DNA of 64,000 nucleotides from Adineta vaga. Lineage: Eukaryota; Animalia; Rotifera. Positions 1 through 12,609 of this stretch are shown here, in pieces. The notes below the pieces were generated by a model that worked only from the letters and a program-made list of their open reading frames with translations, made no database searches and was not told the DNA's origin. Made by a program: the position numbers and the translations under genes. The stretch is from assembly GCA_021613535.1 (NCBI GenBank), contig CP075493.1, positions 2,542,001 to 2,606,000 of the forward strand. Reading direction: 5' to 3'. Every line of letters starts with the position of its first letter. The stretch's first letter is position 1.

Positions 1-1
1 T

Positions 2-733
2 GTTGCTGATGATGGTTACACATACGAACGAACAGCTATTACAGAATGGATAAAAAATCATCATGAAACAAGTCCTATGACACGACAAACGATTCGATTG
101 AAAGATCTAAAAACAAATCGTATCGTTAAACAATTAGCTGATCAATATCGTTCATCTTTAACATCAACTATGAGCAAAGATTTAAGTATTTTTCTTGGTA
201 ATGGTACATTATTAACTAAACAACAACAAGTACTTTTCAGTAGTCTTTTTTCAAAACCAAAAAAATGGTTATTGATATACAAAGCAACACGTGATGGTTT
301 TGGTTCAGGTGATTTCCACCGTCTTTGTAATAATCGTGGTGCTACATTAACGTTAATTCAAACAAGAAATCGTTTATCAATGAAAAAACGTCATACAATC
401 TTTGGTGGTTATACAACAATTCCATGGTCTTCTCGATATGGATTCTATCGTGATTCACAAGCGTTTTTATTTCTTTTAAATCAACATCAATTGACTCGAT
501 TTAATATTCGATCGAATGATGAAATTGCTGTGTCACATAATCTCATTTCAGGACCAATTTTTGGCTTTGATGATATTCATGTATGTCATCGATCGAATGA
601 AAATAATTTTAGTCATTCAAAATTTCCTAATTGTTACGAAGATTCAGACGCAAATGGTCTAGGAAAAAAAACATTTTCCAAAGCAAAGCATTTCTTAATC
701 AACGAAATTGAAGTCTATATGGTTGTTACATAA
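2..733 (+). CDS. U-box + TLDc domain protein (5' end outside window)
   Basis: The frame is open from base 2. VADDGYTYERTAITEWIKNHHETSPMTRQTI...LKTNRIVKQL is a U-box; WLLIYKATRDGFGSGDFHRLCNNRGATLTLIQ...FGGYT...EIEVY is TLDc. Confidence 0.85.
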   Translation, partial: VADDGYTYERTAITEWIKNHHETSPMTRQTIRLKDLKTNRIVKQLADQYRSSLTSTMSKDLSIFLGNGTLLTKQQQVLFSSLFSKPKKWLLIYKATRDGFGSGDFHRLCNNRGATLTLIQTRNRLSMKKRHTIFGGYTTIPWSSRYGFYRDSQAFLFLLNQHQLTRFNIRSNDEIAVSHNLISGPIFGFDDIHVCHRSNENNFSHSKFPNCYEDSDANGLGKKTFSKAKHFLINEIEVYMVVT

Positions 734-1071
734 ACTTCTTTCCTTGTGACATTTTCATTTCATGTGCAGATAAAAGCTTTCATTGTTTAGAATACTTTTA
801 ATAAAAATTCTTTTGTAATTTAATCAGACTAGTCGATAGTTATCTAACCTTATTACACAATACGATATATCTGTAGACGAAATCAATGTAGACACAGGTT
901 GTCTATGTAACACTAATTCGATTTTTTGTTCTTTGTAAAACGAAAAAAAAACAAACGAAGTCAGCCGTTTATCTTCTTTGAAAAAAAAATGTCTCGTTTT
1001 TTTTCTGGTTGGTCACAATCATTGAAGTCATAGGTGTATGTCTCGTTTGTTTTTCATATGTAACGTAAACC

Positions 1072-1395
1072 ATGTCGAATAAAGTTGCTTTTACTATGAA
1101 ACTTAAAGCAAATGTTATTGATGAATACAAACGACGACATGATGAAATTTGGCCTGAACTTGTTGCATTACTTCAAGAACATGGAATATCAGATTATTCA
1201 ATCTTTCTTGATGAACCCTCATTAACTTTATTTGCTGTTCAAAAAGTTTCATCAACGACGAAATCTTCCAACGATAAATTACGTGAAAATGAAATCATGA
1301 AACGTTGGTGGAAACATATGGCTGATTTAATGGAAACTAATCCTGATCAATCGCCAGTTACACATGAACTTAAACTTGTCTTTCATATGGATTGA
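1072..1395 (+). CDS. rhaM: L-rhamnose mutarotase, bacterial type, intronless
   Basis: AFTMKLK...EYKRRHDEIWPEL...GISDYSIFLD...RWWKHMADLMETNPDQSPV...VFHMD matches the RhaM/YiiL pattern over the full ~105 aa. Confidence 0.9.
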   Translation: MSNKVAFTMKLKANVIDEYKRRHDEIWPELVALLQEHGISDYSIFLDEPSLTLFAVQKVSSTTKSSNDKLRENEIMKRWWKHMADLMETNPDQSPVTHELKLVFHMD

Positions 1396-1732
1396 AACTG
1401 TTTTTCTTTCTTTTTTCTTTGAAATATATTATATGCAATGGATGTCGCTAGATCAATAGTATATCGAAAAGATAATTATTGGTCAATAATTTACACCAAT
1501 GATTAGATAACACTTCCTTTGTCTTTCTATATCAACTTCATAATTGGGGATTGTCATTGTCTATGATGCATATTGCGTTGTCTAAATCTAAAGTTTAGAT
1601 CAAATGTTTTAGACTATTTGTTTCTCAGTCGGACGAATTAAAGAACAATTTTGTATAATAGTTTCGCTTTCTTGCAGATTGTCGTCAGTAATATTTGCAA
1701 TAAATTAAAAATATATACGAAAAAAAACGGCA

Positions 1733-2517
1733 ATGGGTCGACGACTTAGTGATGATAAAGATGACAAATCTAACGACAAACAAGCCACGAAAGGTTCCGA
1801 TTCCAGTTCAGATTCGAATCTTGATGAAGAAGAATTTGTCGTTGAAAAAATTCTTAAAATGCGTACAACAAAAAAAGGCAAAGTTCAATGTAAGTCTTTA
1901 TTGTTGATTGTTCTCTATTTTAATGAAATATTTTCTTTTGTTTATAGATTTACTAAAATGGAAAGGCTTTCCCGATAGTGAAAATACTTGGGTATGTATA
2001 GTAAATGACAAATGAAATCGAATTCAAATGTTTCGTTTTTATTTAGGAACCTGCAGAAAATCTCGAATGTCCAGATTTGATTGCAGCATTTATAGCTGCA
2101 CAAAAAGAAAAAGAACAAACATCGACAACAAATGGTAAACGATCTCATTCGACGTTAGCTCCGACGAAGTCAATAATAATAATACTTCACCAACAAAACG
2201 ACCACGAATTGAATTAGAACAAACAGGTTATCATCGTGGTTTAACACCTGAAATGTTAATGGGTGCAACGGATATTTACGATGGAGAACTGATGTTTTTG
2301 TATGTTTTATCTAAATAATTTCCTTTTATTTGACAACCAAACTGTTCTTTTTTTCTCTCTATCCTTTAGAGTCAAATGGAAGGGTGTAACGAAACCTGAA
2401 TTAGTTCCATCACGTATTGTGAATAAACAATCAGCTCAAATGGTTATTAAATTTTATGAAGATCGTTTAACTTGGAATTCTACAATGTCAGCAACGAATA
2501 ATAATAAAAATGTTTGA
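1733..2517 (+). CDS. Heterochromatin protein 1 / chromobox homolog (4 exons)
   Basis: Spliced chromodomain EEFVVEKILKMR...[30 protein letters not shown] and chromo-shadow domain (GLTPEMLMGATD...VKWKG...QMVIKFYEDRLTW). Confidence 0.9.
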
Positions 2518-3245
2518 AAAAAAATATTGAACATTGCTTTGTTTTCTATTTGTTTATTATAAATTGTCTGTTTTCGTTCAGAATGTGTTTATTCTCATAA
2601 TAGTATACACATATAGCTGATTTTTCGGTTTTCTTTCTCTTTCTCTTCTCGTTTAATGTTGTTCCTGATCGTCTGTGTCATGTGATCGGATTTTGTTGTA
2701 TATTTTTCTTTAAGAAAAAAAAAACTACCAAAAAGATAGGATTCAAAGACTTCTAACAGAAAAACGAGAGAAGTAGCGTTTATACCTCCTTGAAATTGTT
2801 GTATTTTTCTTTTTTCTTTCGTGTATGATATTAGATCTACGCTGTGAAATAAAAACCCTTTTATATGTTAGAATTATTTTTACATTCTTATCTTCGATTA
2901 TCAAAAGATTTTTCGACTTGTTTTTACGCAAAAAATGTTCTCAATGTCGACTATTTCCCATTGACGAGAAAATGTTCGCAATATATTATTCACACATGGA
3001 ATTAAACAAAACGATCATATACAGTAAGACAAGATGTATCAGACAAGAAAAGGAATGTATAAACGCATACGTAGATATAATATTAATAAATAAAGATAAA
3101 AGATTGTCGAGAAAAAGAACTAAAGTTCATGAATTTACAGTAGAGAAAAAAAAGGGTTTGATTTCGCAATCTTTTCTTCGAAAAATCAGTACTGATAGAT
3201 ATGGCAACAAAAAATGATACAGATGAATACTAAAGAGATTAGATT

Positions 3246-4739
3246 TTATACAGTTCTTTGTTTTTTACGTGGTGGACAAATAATATTATTTTGTAAGGAA
3301 GCCATGGCTTTGTATACGTCAGCTAATAGATGTGGATGAGTACATATCATTGTTTGAAAACCGTTTGTTTCTAAGACATCTAAATAAAATCAAAATTGAT
3401 AAATATTTCTTTGTTTTTTTGTTGAAAATCTCGAGTTTCTACCTTGTGGATGTGTATTGATAAAATCAATAGCTTGTTGTCGTAATTGTGTTGCTGAATG
3501 TAAATCAGCAAGTATGAGTGTATCAGCAACATTATCTTTATCAATTGTTGTACATAAAGTTTCTTCACATTGAACTTTAAGTCTTTCCAAACAATATTTA
3601 TCAGAAGCAGGTAAAAGTGCATCAGCTAATTTTTCCATATTTTGTGTTTTACCTGTATAAATAAAACGAAGAATTTCTAACATTATATCACCATCAATAT
3701 CTTCAATAAAGACACGTGAACGTTCGTTTTCCAGCATTTTATGTTCGAACATAGCTTGAAATACTTTCGAACGAGCACTAAGTATCGCTTTATGCACAGG
3801 AAATTCACGATGACCACAAACAAGTGTCACATCTGAATAAACAGGATTATCCAATAATGAAAGAAAATCATCACTTAAACGACATTCAGGAATTTTGAAC
3901 TAAAAAAAAATATAAGACGTAATTGTTTCTTTTTTATCATGATCTTGAATAAATAGTTTTTCTGTTATTGATATTTACATACCGGATTAATTTGTGTTTG
4001 TCCAGAAGTATTAATACTATCAGCAACGACACTAACTTCACAAAATAAAGTTAATTTATCATCAGGTAATAATCCATTTGCTTCATCAATTAAAAAGTCT
4101 CGTCGAATAAATTTTTTAAATCCCCAATCTTTTCCTAAAAACATTTTTCAATTAGATTAGTTTGAAAAATCAAAGAAAATACTTTTGAATATTACCTTGA
4201 ACGAATCGATAAGCTCGTTGTGATTCCATAGCTTTTGTTTCGTCACCTTTGGCATTGAGAATGGAAAATTTAAATTTAGCACGTGTTTCACATTTACTAT
4301 TTGGTGCAGCAACTAATAGAAGATAAAGCGATAAATAATCTTTCGATTCTTCATCAAGTCCTTTTGGATTTAGACGTAAACACCATTTTAATTTATCATT
4401 AGCATTCGCTGAAAATGATGAAGATTTCAATGCTTCACCCATTTCTTCTCGACAAAATGAAAAATTATTGATTGTCCAATTAAATGAAAACTAATGATAA
4501 AAAAAGAAAGAACAAATCAAATAGTTCGAAATCATATAATTTCAACATACTTTAATCACTTTGACACTTGTTAAACACCACGATTCTGAAACAGGTTGAC
4601 TAAATGTATGAATTGGTTGTTGGAGATTTTGTGTAGGTAGAACGATATTATCACCGTTCATACTTCCAGGAATGTAATGAATCGATGGTGATGGTGCTCG
4701 TACAACAACGATATTTTGCGGAGAATCAGGAAGCATCAT
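3246..4739 (-). CDS. SPOP: Speckle-type POZ protein (MATH-BTB Cul3 adaptor), multi-exon
   Basis: [30 protein letters not shown]...[25 protein letters not shown]; [21 protein letters not shown]; C-terminal NLS PPRKKQR. Confidence 0.95.
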
Positions 4740-5808
4740 TTGTTAAAGAGACTATTTTGTATATTAAATGCAGTACAAGGACACACACACACCAATGAAG
4801 ATGAGAAAAATCTATTTAAAATAAGAAGGAAAAAAAACACACGAGACTTTACGCGCGATATGATTTTTTTTCAAAACGGCGAACAAAACAAATGAATAGT
4901 ACAGGAACGAAAGAAAAAATTGACCAGTATATATTCATCAACGGTCAATCACTCACACACTTGTATTTGAGTGAGATACATACAAAATGAGTATGTGAAT
5001 CATCAAAATGAATGATTGATCAAAATTAATTTTTGACAGACAATTTTTTAAAGATAAAATATTCCAAACAAAGTTTTTCATTTATAATTTACGTTATATT
5101 TAATATTATTTTAATTTCATTTTGAGCGAACTCTTTTGACCGTTTTCATTGGTTTATATATCGACCAATGTAAATGATTAACTTTGACTTTTCATTATTA
5201 GTATTATTATTAAAGTTACACATGCCTATCTTATAAACAGGTATAAGCTTCGTTCAAACACGCCCACTATCCTATCGATATATTGATTGGTTTGAAAGAT
5301 CGACGAGTGAATAGGGAATGTATCTTAGTCGCAATAAAAAACAAGTTTTCTTTGATGAACTGAATGACTTCTAATGTGGGTCATAGCATAGTATAGAAGA
5401 TAGTGAGAATAACATTTTGCTTAGGTAGAACGATGCAAATGCAAACGAGTAAAATTAATATAAGACGTAAATATATAACAGATGAATTAAATATGAGAAA
5501 CATCTAATGATCAAGATATTGAAATGTAGAGTAAGTTGAACAACAAATAGAAATTTCGTCATCTTTTCAATAAATTATGAATTAATGTGGTATGATAGGT
5601 AAACAGAATTACAAGAACCTTTCATTGTCACCATCAAACGCAATGACTTGATATTCAATTTTCAGACAAACATTCGTAATTTTGAGTATTATAGTCAATA
5701 TGAGTCATATAAGAACATTGTTTTTTTCTCATGGTAATAGATAGAAGAGAATAATAATGAGAAAATGCTATTTTTAGATTTAAATTTGCTTATTTTTATA
5801 CAAGAAAA

Positions 5809-6479
5809 ATGAGCTTTAACAGTATGCGTGGTTTCCGTCCAATATTTCGACCTCTTCATCCATCTATGTTTACTTCTTATTTCCTTGGAGGACCATCATC
5901 GGTAATATTACTATTTAATTGTTTTTCACATATCATCTCTATCGATTTCTCTCCTATAGAAAACAATGATATCAACAGTTAGTGGAACAGATATTCAACC
6001 TTTATATATACCACATCCTCAACAACCATTGATCGGTTTGAATAGTGCCAATGCATTTGATCATTGGAAAATTGAACGAGTGATAGCTGTTGCAATGCTT
6101 GCTATCATTCCAGGTTCATTTGTTTATGATTCGATATTTATGAATTATTTATTGGCTATCTCACTTGCTCTACATGCACATTGGGGTAATTGATTATAAT
6201 AATCTTTCTATGATCATTTTACAAGATTTTCTTTCTTTTCATATTTAGGAATGGACAGTGCATTACTTGATTATTGTCCAAGAAAAGCATTACCTTTAGC
6301 GAATGTGATTCGACATTTACTTACAGTTGTTTCTTTTCTTGGTCTTTGGTAAGGATTTTGATTTTGGTTCTTAATTTTGAAATAATTCTTGCTTTTTTAC
6401 TTTTAATAATAGTTATTTTAATTATAACGATATGGGTATAACAAGAGCATTGAAAGCACTTTGGAGTATTATATATTAA
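5809..6479 (+). CDS. SDHD: Succinate dehydrogenase cytochrome b small subunit (4 exons)
   Basis: Arg-rich presequence MSFNSMRGFRPIFRP; HWKIERVIAV...HAHWG|MDSALLDY...YFNYNDMGITRALKALW. Confidence 0.9.
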
Positions 6480-7389
6480 GCTATCTACTAGTTTTATTTT
6501 GTATAAATAGAAATCTGCATAAAACTTTAGTGAATTTATCTCTCTTTTTAATTTGTTGTGAGATTTCGCATCTGTTGTTCTTTTTCTTTGTTCGATTCAA
6601 TAAACATCAGAAGAGATATCTCAGCTGTCGAAATCTTTATTTTAAGAGGAATTGCTCATCATGTGATACAGTGACATTAGTTACTGTTTCAATTCTGCAG
6701 TTGTCATCCTTGTCTTTTCTTTTCTTTCTACTATAGGAATATTGCAGGAGAATATCCCACATAGGTCCTAGATTTCTTATGTCATATCTCTGTATATATA
6801 GAGATGGTTTTTCTTCGTGAAGTAATCAAAAACTTAAGGGTGGTGGGTTCATACCCCGGAGTTCTTTTGACCTCTAAGAAGCATCTATTCTGATTTGTAT
6901 CCAACTGATATTAAACTCACCACGCCCCTCCTCTGAAGGGGTGGCTCTATGCATATTTTGTTTTTTTTTACGGGAAAAATGGCCAAAACTTGGGCTTCAC
7001 TTTCCGTAGCATTATATAGGACTCCGGCTCTTTTGTTTTTAGGGCGGCTATGCACAGAAAAAAGGAATAAGAGAATCATTGTTTTATCCAATAATGTATC
7101 TGGAATAAACGATGTTCTATAGATATTTCTGCACAGTTTTTAAAGACTATTCTAGTAAAATTTCTAGGGTGAATGTAGTGTGGGTTAAGAGTATAGTCCG
7201 GCTCCATAGATGGCGACTATATGATCAATGCTCAATTCATCTGTTGGGCAATAATTCTTACAAAGTAGTTATTCATTCAATGCACATAAAGAATGATTTA
7301 AGCAATTCTATTTGTTAACTCAAATTTACCTTTTTTTTGTCTGATTACGGCCGTATACGTTCACACTATTATATTTTGTATACGATTCA

Positions 7390-7878
7390 ATGATTATCAA
7401 TACTCGATTGGAAGATTTATCAAATGAAATCTTTTTCGAAATTTTACGTCATTTACATGCTATTGACATTTTTTATTTATTCACTTGTCTCAATTCTCGT
7501 TTTTTATTGATTCTAAAGTCAATTCATCTTCATGTGATTATTTCTGGTGATCATCGTCGTCGTCAAGTTGAGTTTCTATCAAATCATTTGAAATTCCATT
7601 CTCATCAAGTCATTTCATTTAAGATTCATGATAAAATTCGTGATCAAGTAAATGTCAGTGAATTTCTTTTTACTCAACATCAATTTATCAATCTTTTTTC
7701 TTGTACATTTGTTTCAATGACTTCATCATCGAATTCAAATCTTGTTATTGAACAGCTATCAAAATTGACTAAGATTGTTTGGATTCATATTATTCAATCG
7801 AATGATGCCGAAGATGATATGCTTAACAAATTTGATGCTCAGAAGTTAAGTCAACTAGTATTGATTAATCCTTCATTA
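7390..7878 (+). pseudogene. F-box-like (rotifer-expanded type) gene, 3'-truncated and joined to unrelated sequence
   Basis: N-terminus LEDLSNEIFFEILRHL...FTCLNSRF resembles the gene at 48818-50405, but the ORF is only ~160 aa before it runs into an antisense gene fragment. Confidence 0.55.
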
Positions 7879-8163
7879 GATGGTGGAGCAATTGAATGTA
7901 AATATTCATTAGTACCGTTATTACCGCTTGTTGCAATGTCATCGAAAACTGCTGGAAGACTTTATTAACATTCATCGCTCTTCTTTTTTTTTTAACAAAA
8001 CAAAACACATTCTCTTTCTTCGCTTTTTTCTATGTATTTTTATTGAAAATTGATAAAAGATGTAATTCGGCGAGTTTCATTGTTTCTTCTAGATACTAAT
8101 GGTTTCTTTTCTTCTGCGTTAATTTTATATCATATTTACTCACAGATAATTATAAAACGATCA

Positions 8164-8373
8164 ATGGCTTCAATAGGTTCCACTGAATATTCAGCTTGTT
8201 TAACAACTGTATCAAACGGTGAAGAAGCACGAAAATTATCTCGATTAATTGTTCAATCCCATCTTAGTGCTTGCGTGAATATTATTCCCAATATTCGTTC
8301 TGTTTATGAATGGAAATCAATGATTCATGAGGATAATGAATTTATTTTATTAATTAAAACAAAAAAAAGTTAA
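8164..8373 (+). pseudogene. cutA: CutA divalent-cation tolerance protein, N-terminal part only
   Basis: CLTTVSNGEEARKLSRLIVQSHLSACVNIIPNIRSVYEWK...EDNEFILLIKT then stop. No downstream exon with the HPYE/DVPE motif was found. Confidence 0.7.
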
Positions 8374-9076
8374 AATGAGATGTCTTTTTTTCTATTTTCT
8401 TTGGTCTACAAAAACATCGTGGATGCTGAGAAAATAGAAGCATGTATATCAATCATTTCATTTCAGAGGCAACAAGGAGAAAAGAGTTTGAATGAAATTG
8501 ATATTCTTCCGGATCTAATCCAACACTTTATAAAAGAGAAGATTGAAAATTGATAAAAAATTATGTTATCATAAAATATCTCAATATAAAACATGCTTTC
8601 TTCTTAGTTTTAGGAGACTTTCTCTCTGTCGAAATGTTCGATCTTGAGTGAATTATAGAATATTCGTAATTAAAGATGTTCGATGACAGTACACTTTATC
8701 AAAACATCTGAGAATTCATTTGCTTAATTCATACATCCAGCTGAAGGTTTGTATGTGTTATAAATGTGTTGAATAAGACATGGACAGTTTCAAGAATATA
8801 ATAATATAGAGTTTCCTAGAGTTGATTTCACATGTTCGAGAGAATGGTACATTACAATATTTTTTATCATTGTTAATAGGAAACGAAATTCACGTATTTT
8901 GATTCAGTAAGATTTTCTAATCAGAGTTCTTTCTCAAACCTGATCTATGGCAGAGATTCTAGTAAACTCAATTCAGCCTCACAAATTTTTACATTTTCTT
9001 GCGAGAAATTCAGTTGATCTTTATTCTTTGATCTCGCAATGCAGAGGAGTGATCATTTTTTTTTCATTAAAAGAGA

Positions 9077-9419
9077 AGTGTCGCTCTGGCAGATCAGTGT
9101 TGCCACCGATCCACACGATTTCGTCATCGCAACATGTATTTTTCCGTAATGGTATTTACCTCTTGGTAAGTTGTAATAAGCAATTTGTCCAGATGAGGTG
9201 TGGAGCAAGACGTTTTGATTGTCTCTATATCTATTATTTTGGAAGAAGCAAACGAAAAGTGCAAAGTGTAGAGACAGCGCAGATGTCATGCTTCACACAT
9301 CATGCAGACAAGTTGCTTATTACAACTTACCAAGAGGTAAATACCATTACGGAAAAATACATGTTGCGATGACGAAATCGTGTGGATCGGTGGCAACACT
9401 GATCTGCCAGAGCAACACT
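9077..9419. repeat. Long inverted repeat / foldback (MITE-like); arms ~9077-9207 and ~9289-9419, ~80 bp spacer
   Basis: gctctggcagatcagtgttgccaccgatcc...gtaataagcaa is mirrored exactly (~100 bp) by ttgcttattac...ggtggcaacactgatctgccagagc, with degenerate extensions. It explains the mirror-image ORFs in the track. Confidence 0.9.
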
Positions 9420-10660
9420 CTGATCTAAAATAAAATTGACATCTATAGATGATTGATGTAGATAGTGTCGACTTCATTACTATGTTATAATATCTGTTAC
9501 AAGTTTAAAGACTATAAAAGTTCATTAAACATGCCTATACGAGGTTTTGTGATTAAGATCATAGATAAGATGTCACTTGAATGATCAATATTTATTTTCT
9601 TTCGGATATCGATTCACATAGTTCACTAAAACAAGTGTATTTTCGATGAACTCAAAATGATATGAAGAAAAGCCACTCAATATTTATATAGAATTTTGTT
9701 CCAATATCTTATAAAAATCATCGATCATTCTTCAATATATTTCAGTTGATTGTATTCTATCTTGAGAGTAGTGGCGTAACCAGGGTAGGGCATGAGTAGT
9801 CGCCGCCCATCCACCGGTAGTTTTTAAAAAGCGAGTTTTTAGAACAAAATACACATGGCACGATGAATATTGTCGCAGGTAGTTTGTATGTCACATTTCA
9901 ATTCCGTGAAGATTATGCTAACAGCTTTTTCCGATCAAGTTAAGACCAACTAAGAAAACAACTCAGTATAAATCCATGTCCGTCCAATCAGACATGATAT
10001 TGTGTTGATTTATGACATCATGAATGTGTTAACAGTTTAATTGTAGTTCCACTCAAAGGGACTATTGTGTACAAAAGTAAGATACGATAGATAATCTGTT
10101 TCTTTGTCGGAAGCATGATATCATTAGTTGCGACAGAATAAACCGAAGATTCTACTTCAAAGTCCAGTGTTGTCTGCATTCGTTAAAGAATTCGGTCAAC
10201 ATTCAATTACATCAAGCTTTGTTTTTTAAATCTTTATAATTCAGTGCAATACAGATGACATTCTTCAGACTTTGAGAAATCTCCATTACTCTCGCTTACA
10301 TCCAGCAGTTTAGATCACGAGTTACTGCCTGAGCAATGTATGACAAATCTTTCTTGCGATCGATTGTCTTGTTGAACTTTTCTATGTCATTAAAACTATC
10401 GTGCCTAGACTGATTGCTTATGGAAACAAAGAATAAACAATGTGACCGTTGAGAACTATCTTATACTTTTGTTCAATATATAAAAATTCGAGCCATATTT
10501 CGCGTTGATAAAATTTCAGCGAGTTCTATTATATGAGTTGAAAATTGATATTGAACAGAATTCAATCAAATATTCTACATCCCAATCAGAAAAAAAAACT
10601 CGAAGCATAGAAAGATTAGTCCACTGTTAACAACACATGAACTGTGATTGTTTGCTGCAT

Positions 10661-11975
10661 TCATACTTTTACTTGTTGATTTGTTTCAGCAAAATATCTA
10701 TGTATGTCATCATACCAAATACGATCTCTGTTCGTATTCAATTGATAACATAGTTCACAAAACCGAAATGGTTCGAGATCTCGACCTAGATAACGTGTTT
10801 CATAGTTCATTCTCCATCGATGATACTTTTCATATTCGACTACGTTTGTAGCTACGTGATCTAAGTGTTGGGCGAGTGTCTGTGCATTCAAATAGTCTTG
10901 TGCATAAATAAAGGAATGTGGAGGCACAATTCGTTCATAATCTTGACGTTTCGGACCGAGTACAATCGGTATGATACCATGAGACAATGATCGCCAGAAT
11001 TTCTCTGTAATATAATCGAATCTCAATGTTGTCGACTCGAATGCCAAATAGAATTTAGCTGTCGCAAGTTGCTCGAGTTCACAGTCTGAACTACGTATAC
11101 ACTTGGAAGAATTCGCCGTTTGATGATCAATACATTTGCCAAAAGCTGAAATTAGATAGTGCTCTCTGAGTTCTTCATAGTATCGAAGACGTTCTTTTGG
11201 TCGACAATTACTAACAAACCTTAGAAGAAAATTGCCGACCGTCATGTTGACTACATTGAGAATCGAACACTTACCAAATAGCTTGATTACGTCGTCGATG
11301 ATAATTGTCATAAATCCATTGATTGAATGTCACTTGACTGAGCGGTTCATTCCTTCGAAAAGTAATTCCATAGGCACCCACGCTAATTTCCGAATTGGAA
11401 CGATAGCTGATTGTCCAATTAAAGAACAGTCGATTGAACATCGGTGAAGGTGCAAATGGTTCATCGTGCCATAACATCCATATTTGATTTGGATTTCGAC
11501 TTGTTCTCAAATTGAATAGACCCGTATAATTCACTGTGCTACTACAATGTGCTACTATGGCATCAACTTGATTAATCAAAGAAGAATTACATGTAAAATA
11601 ACAATTGCGAAAAGGACAAGTAGGAATAAAGACTTGTGTATGGTCTAATCGCCGACAAAATTGACGATATCTTGTGTACTCATAAATTAAAAACGAGCTT
11701 TTGTTTGGTGATTTGGCGAATGCATGGCGTTGTGTAACCTTGAAAGAAGATTGTTTCATTAGTTGTTTTTTCCATTCAAAATATTGTTGAACACTTTGTT
11801 GACTTGTTCGATCGAATGAAAAGAAACTATTGGTTATATCTGGTTTTGCAGACGGTTGTTCACATAGTTGTTTGTTGGTGGAGTAGAGCTTGAATAACAA
11901 GCCGTTGATAATAAGAAAAAGACACACATAAATGCATGGCTGACAAAAACGTTTAAAAAAAACAAATCGAATCAT
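10661..11975 (-). CDS. Alpha-1,3-fucosyltransferase (GT10), 2 exons
   Basis: Type II membrane anchor; an intron at ~11221-11274 joins AIW|FVSNC; GT10 motif KFYLAFES...DYITEKFW...IIPIVLGP...PPHSFI; C-terminal FCELC. Confidence 0.9.
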
Positions 11976-12361
11976 AGAATTGCCAAGGTGAAGACGACGA
12001 AGACGTCAAACGCACAATAGATTATGATCTGAAAAATGGACAGTACAACCTACTACTGTATGACTAGTATATATTCAAAAGACGTGTCAATTACGATTTT
12101 TTCAAGTCAAATCATCGACTCAGAATAAAAAGCTCGCAGTTGATAAAAAACCTAGGTGTCTGATCTATGGAGAGCTATCAATCAGTAGAATTTTCTCTAA
12201 AATTCCAGTTAAAAAATATCGTTTTTGTCGGCAATATTGAAAGCACAAAAGCTATCCTAAAACTTCCAAAAAACATCGAAACTGTTCGTTTGTTTTCGAA
12301 TATTAATATTGCGGAAGGAGAGTATCCTTTTGATCTGAAATATTGATCGTTAGTACAGGTA

Positions 12362-12609
12362 TGTCATATCGAACACTATAATTACGACGACACAATAATT
12401 TCTCTGATTACCTCTTCTATATCGTTCTATCGTTCTTCTCTCTCTATCTTTTGGTACTCCTCCCCTATTTCTTCCTGTTCTCTCTGTATCGGATGTTCGC
12501 ATATAAAAACGCGTTTTGTATGTAAGAACGTTGAGAGTGTCGACATAAGGAAGTCGACTAAAGCGCAATACCAACTGCTCTAGATTCTCTTGTATCATAA
12601 ATCGTCACA
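12362..12609 (+). mobile_element. Possible solo LTR
   Basis: TGT...ACA termini, pyrimidine tract, TATAAAA at ~12503, composition unlike the flanks. No target-site duplication seen. Confidence 0.25.

Noticed and set aside
2743-3217. ORFs between HP1 and SPOP, and many other 60-130 aa ORFs antisense to or overlapping real exons
   Set aside because: Low-complexity AT-rich UTR, intergenic or shadow frames without motifs.
6830-7260. GC-richer stretch starting TTAAGGG, possibly a DNA-transposon end
   Set aside because: No matching second terminus, TSD or transposase found.
8947-9477. Four overlapping ORFs with mirrored peptides
   Set aside because: By-product of the inverted repeat; no protein family signal.
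9768-9820. GC-rich TAGTGGCGTAACCAGGG motif resembling a TIR
   Set aside because: No inverted partner seen in the window.
10661-11975. Two separate ORFs suggesting a frameshifted fucosyltransferase
   Set aside because: A canonical GTAAG...AG intron joins them in frame (AIW|FVSNC).
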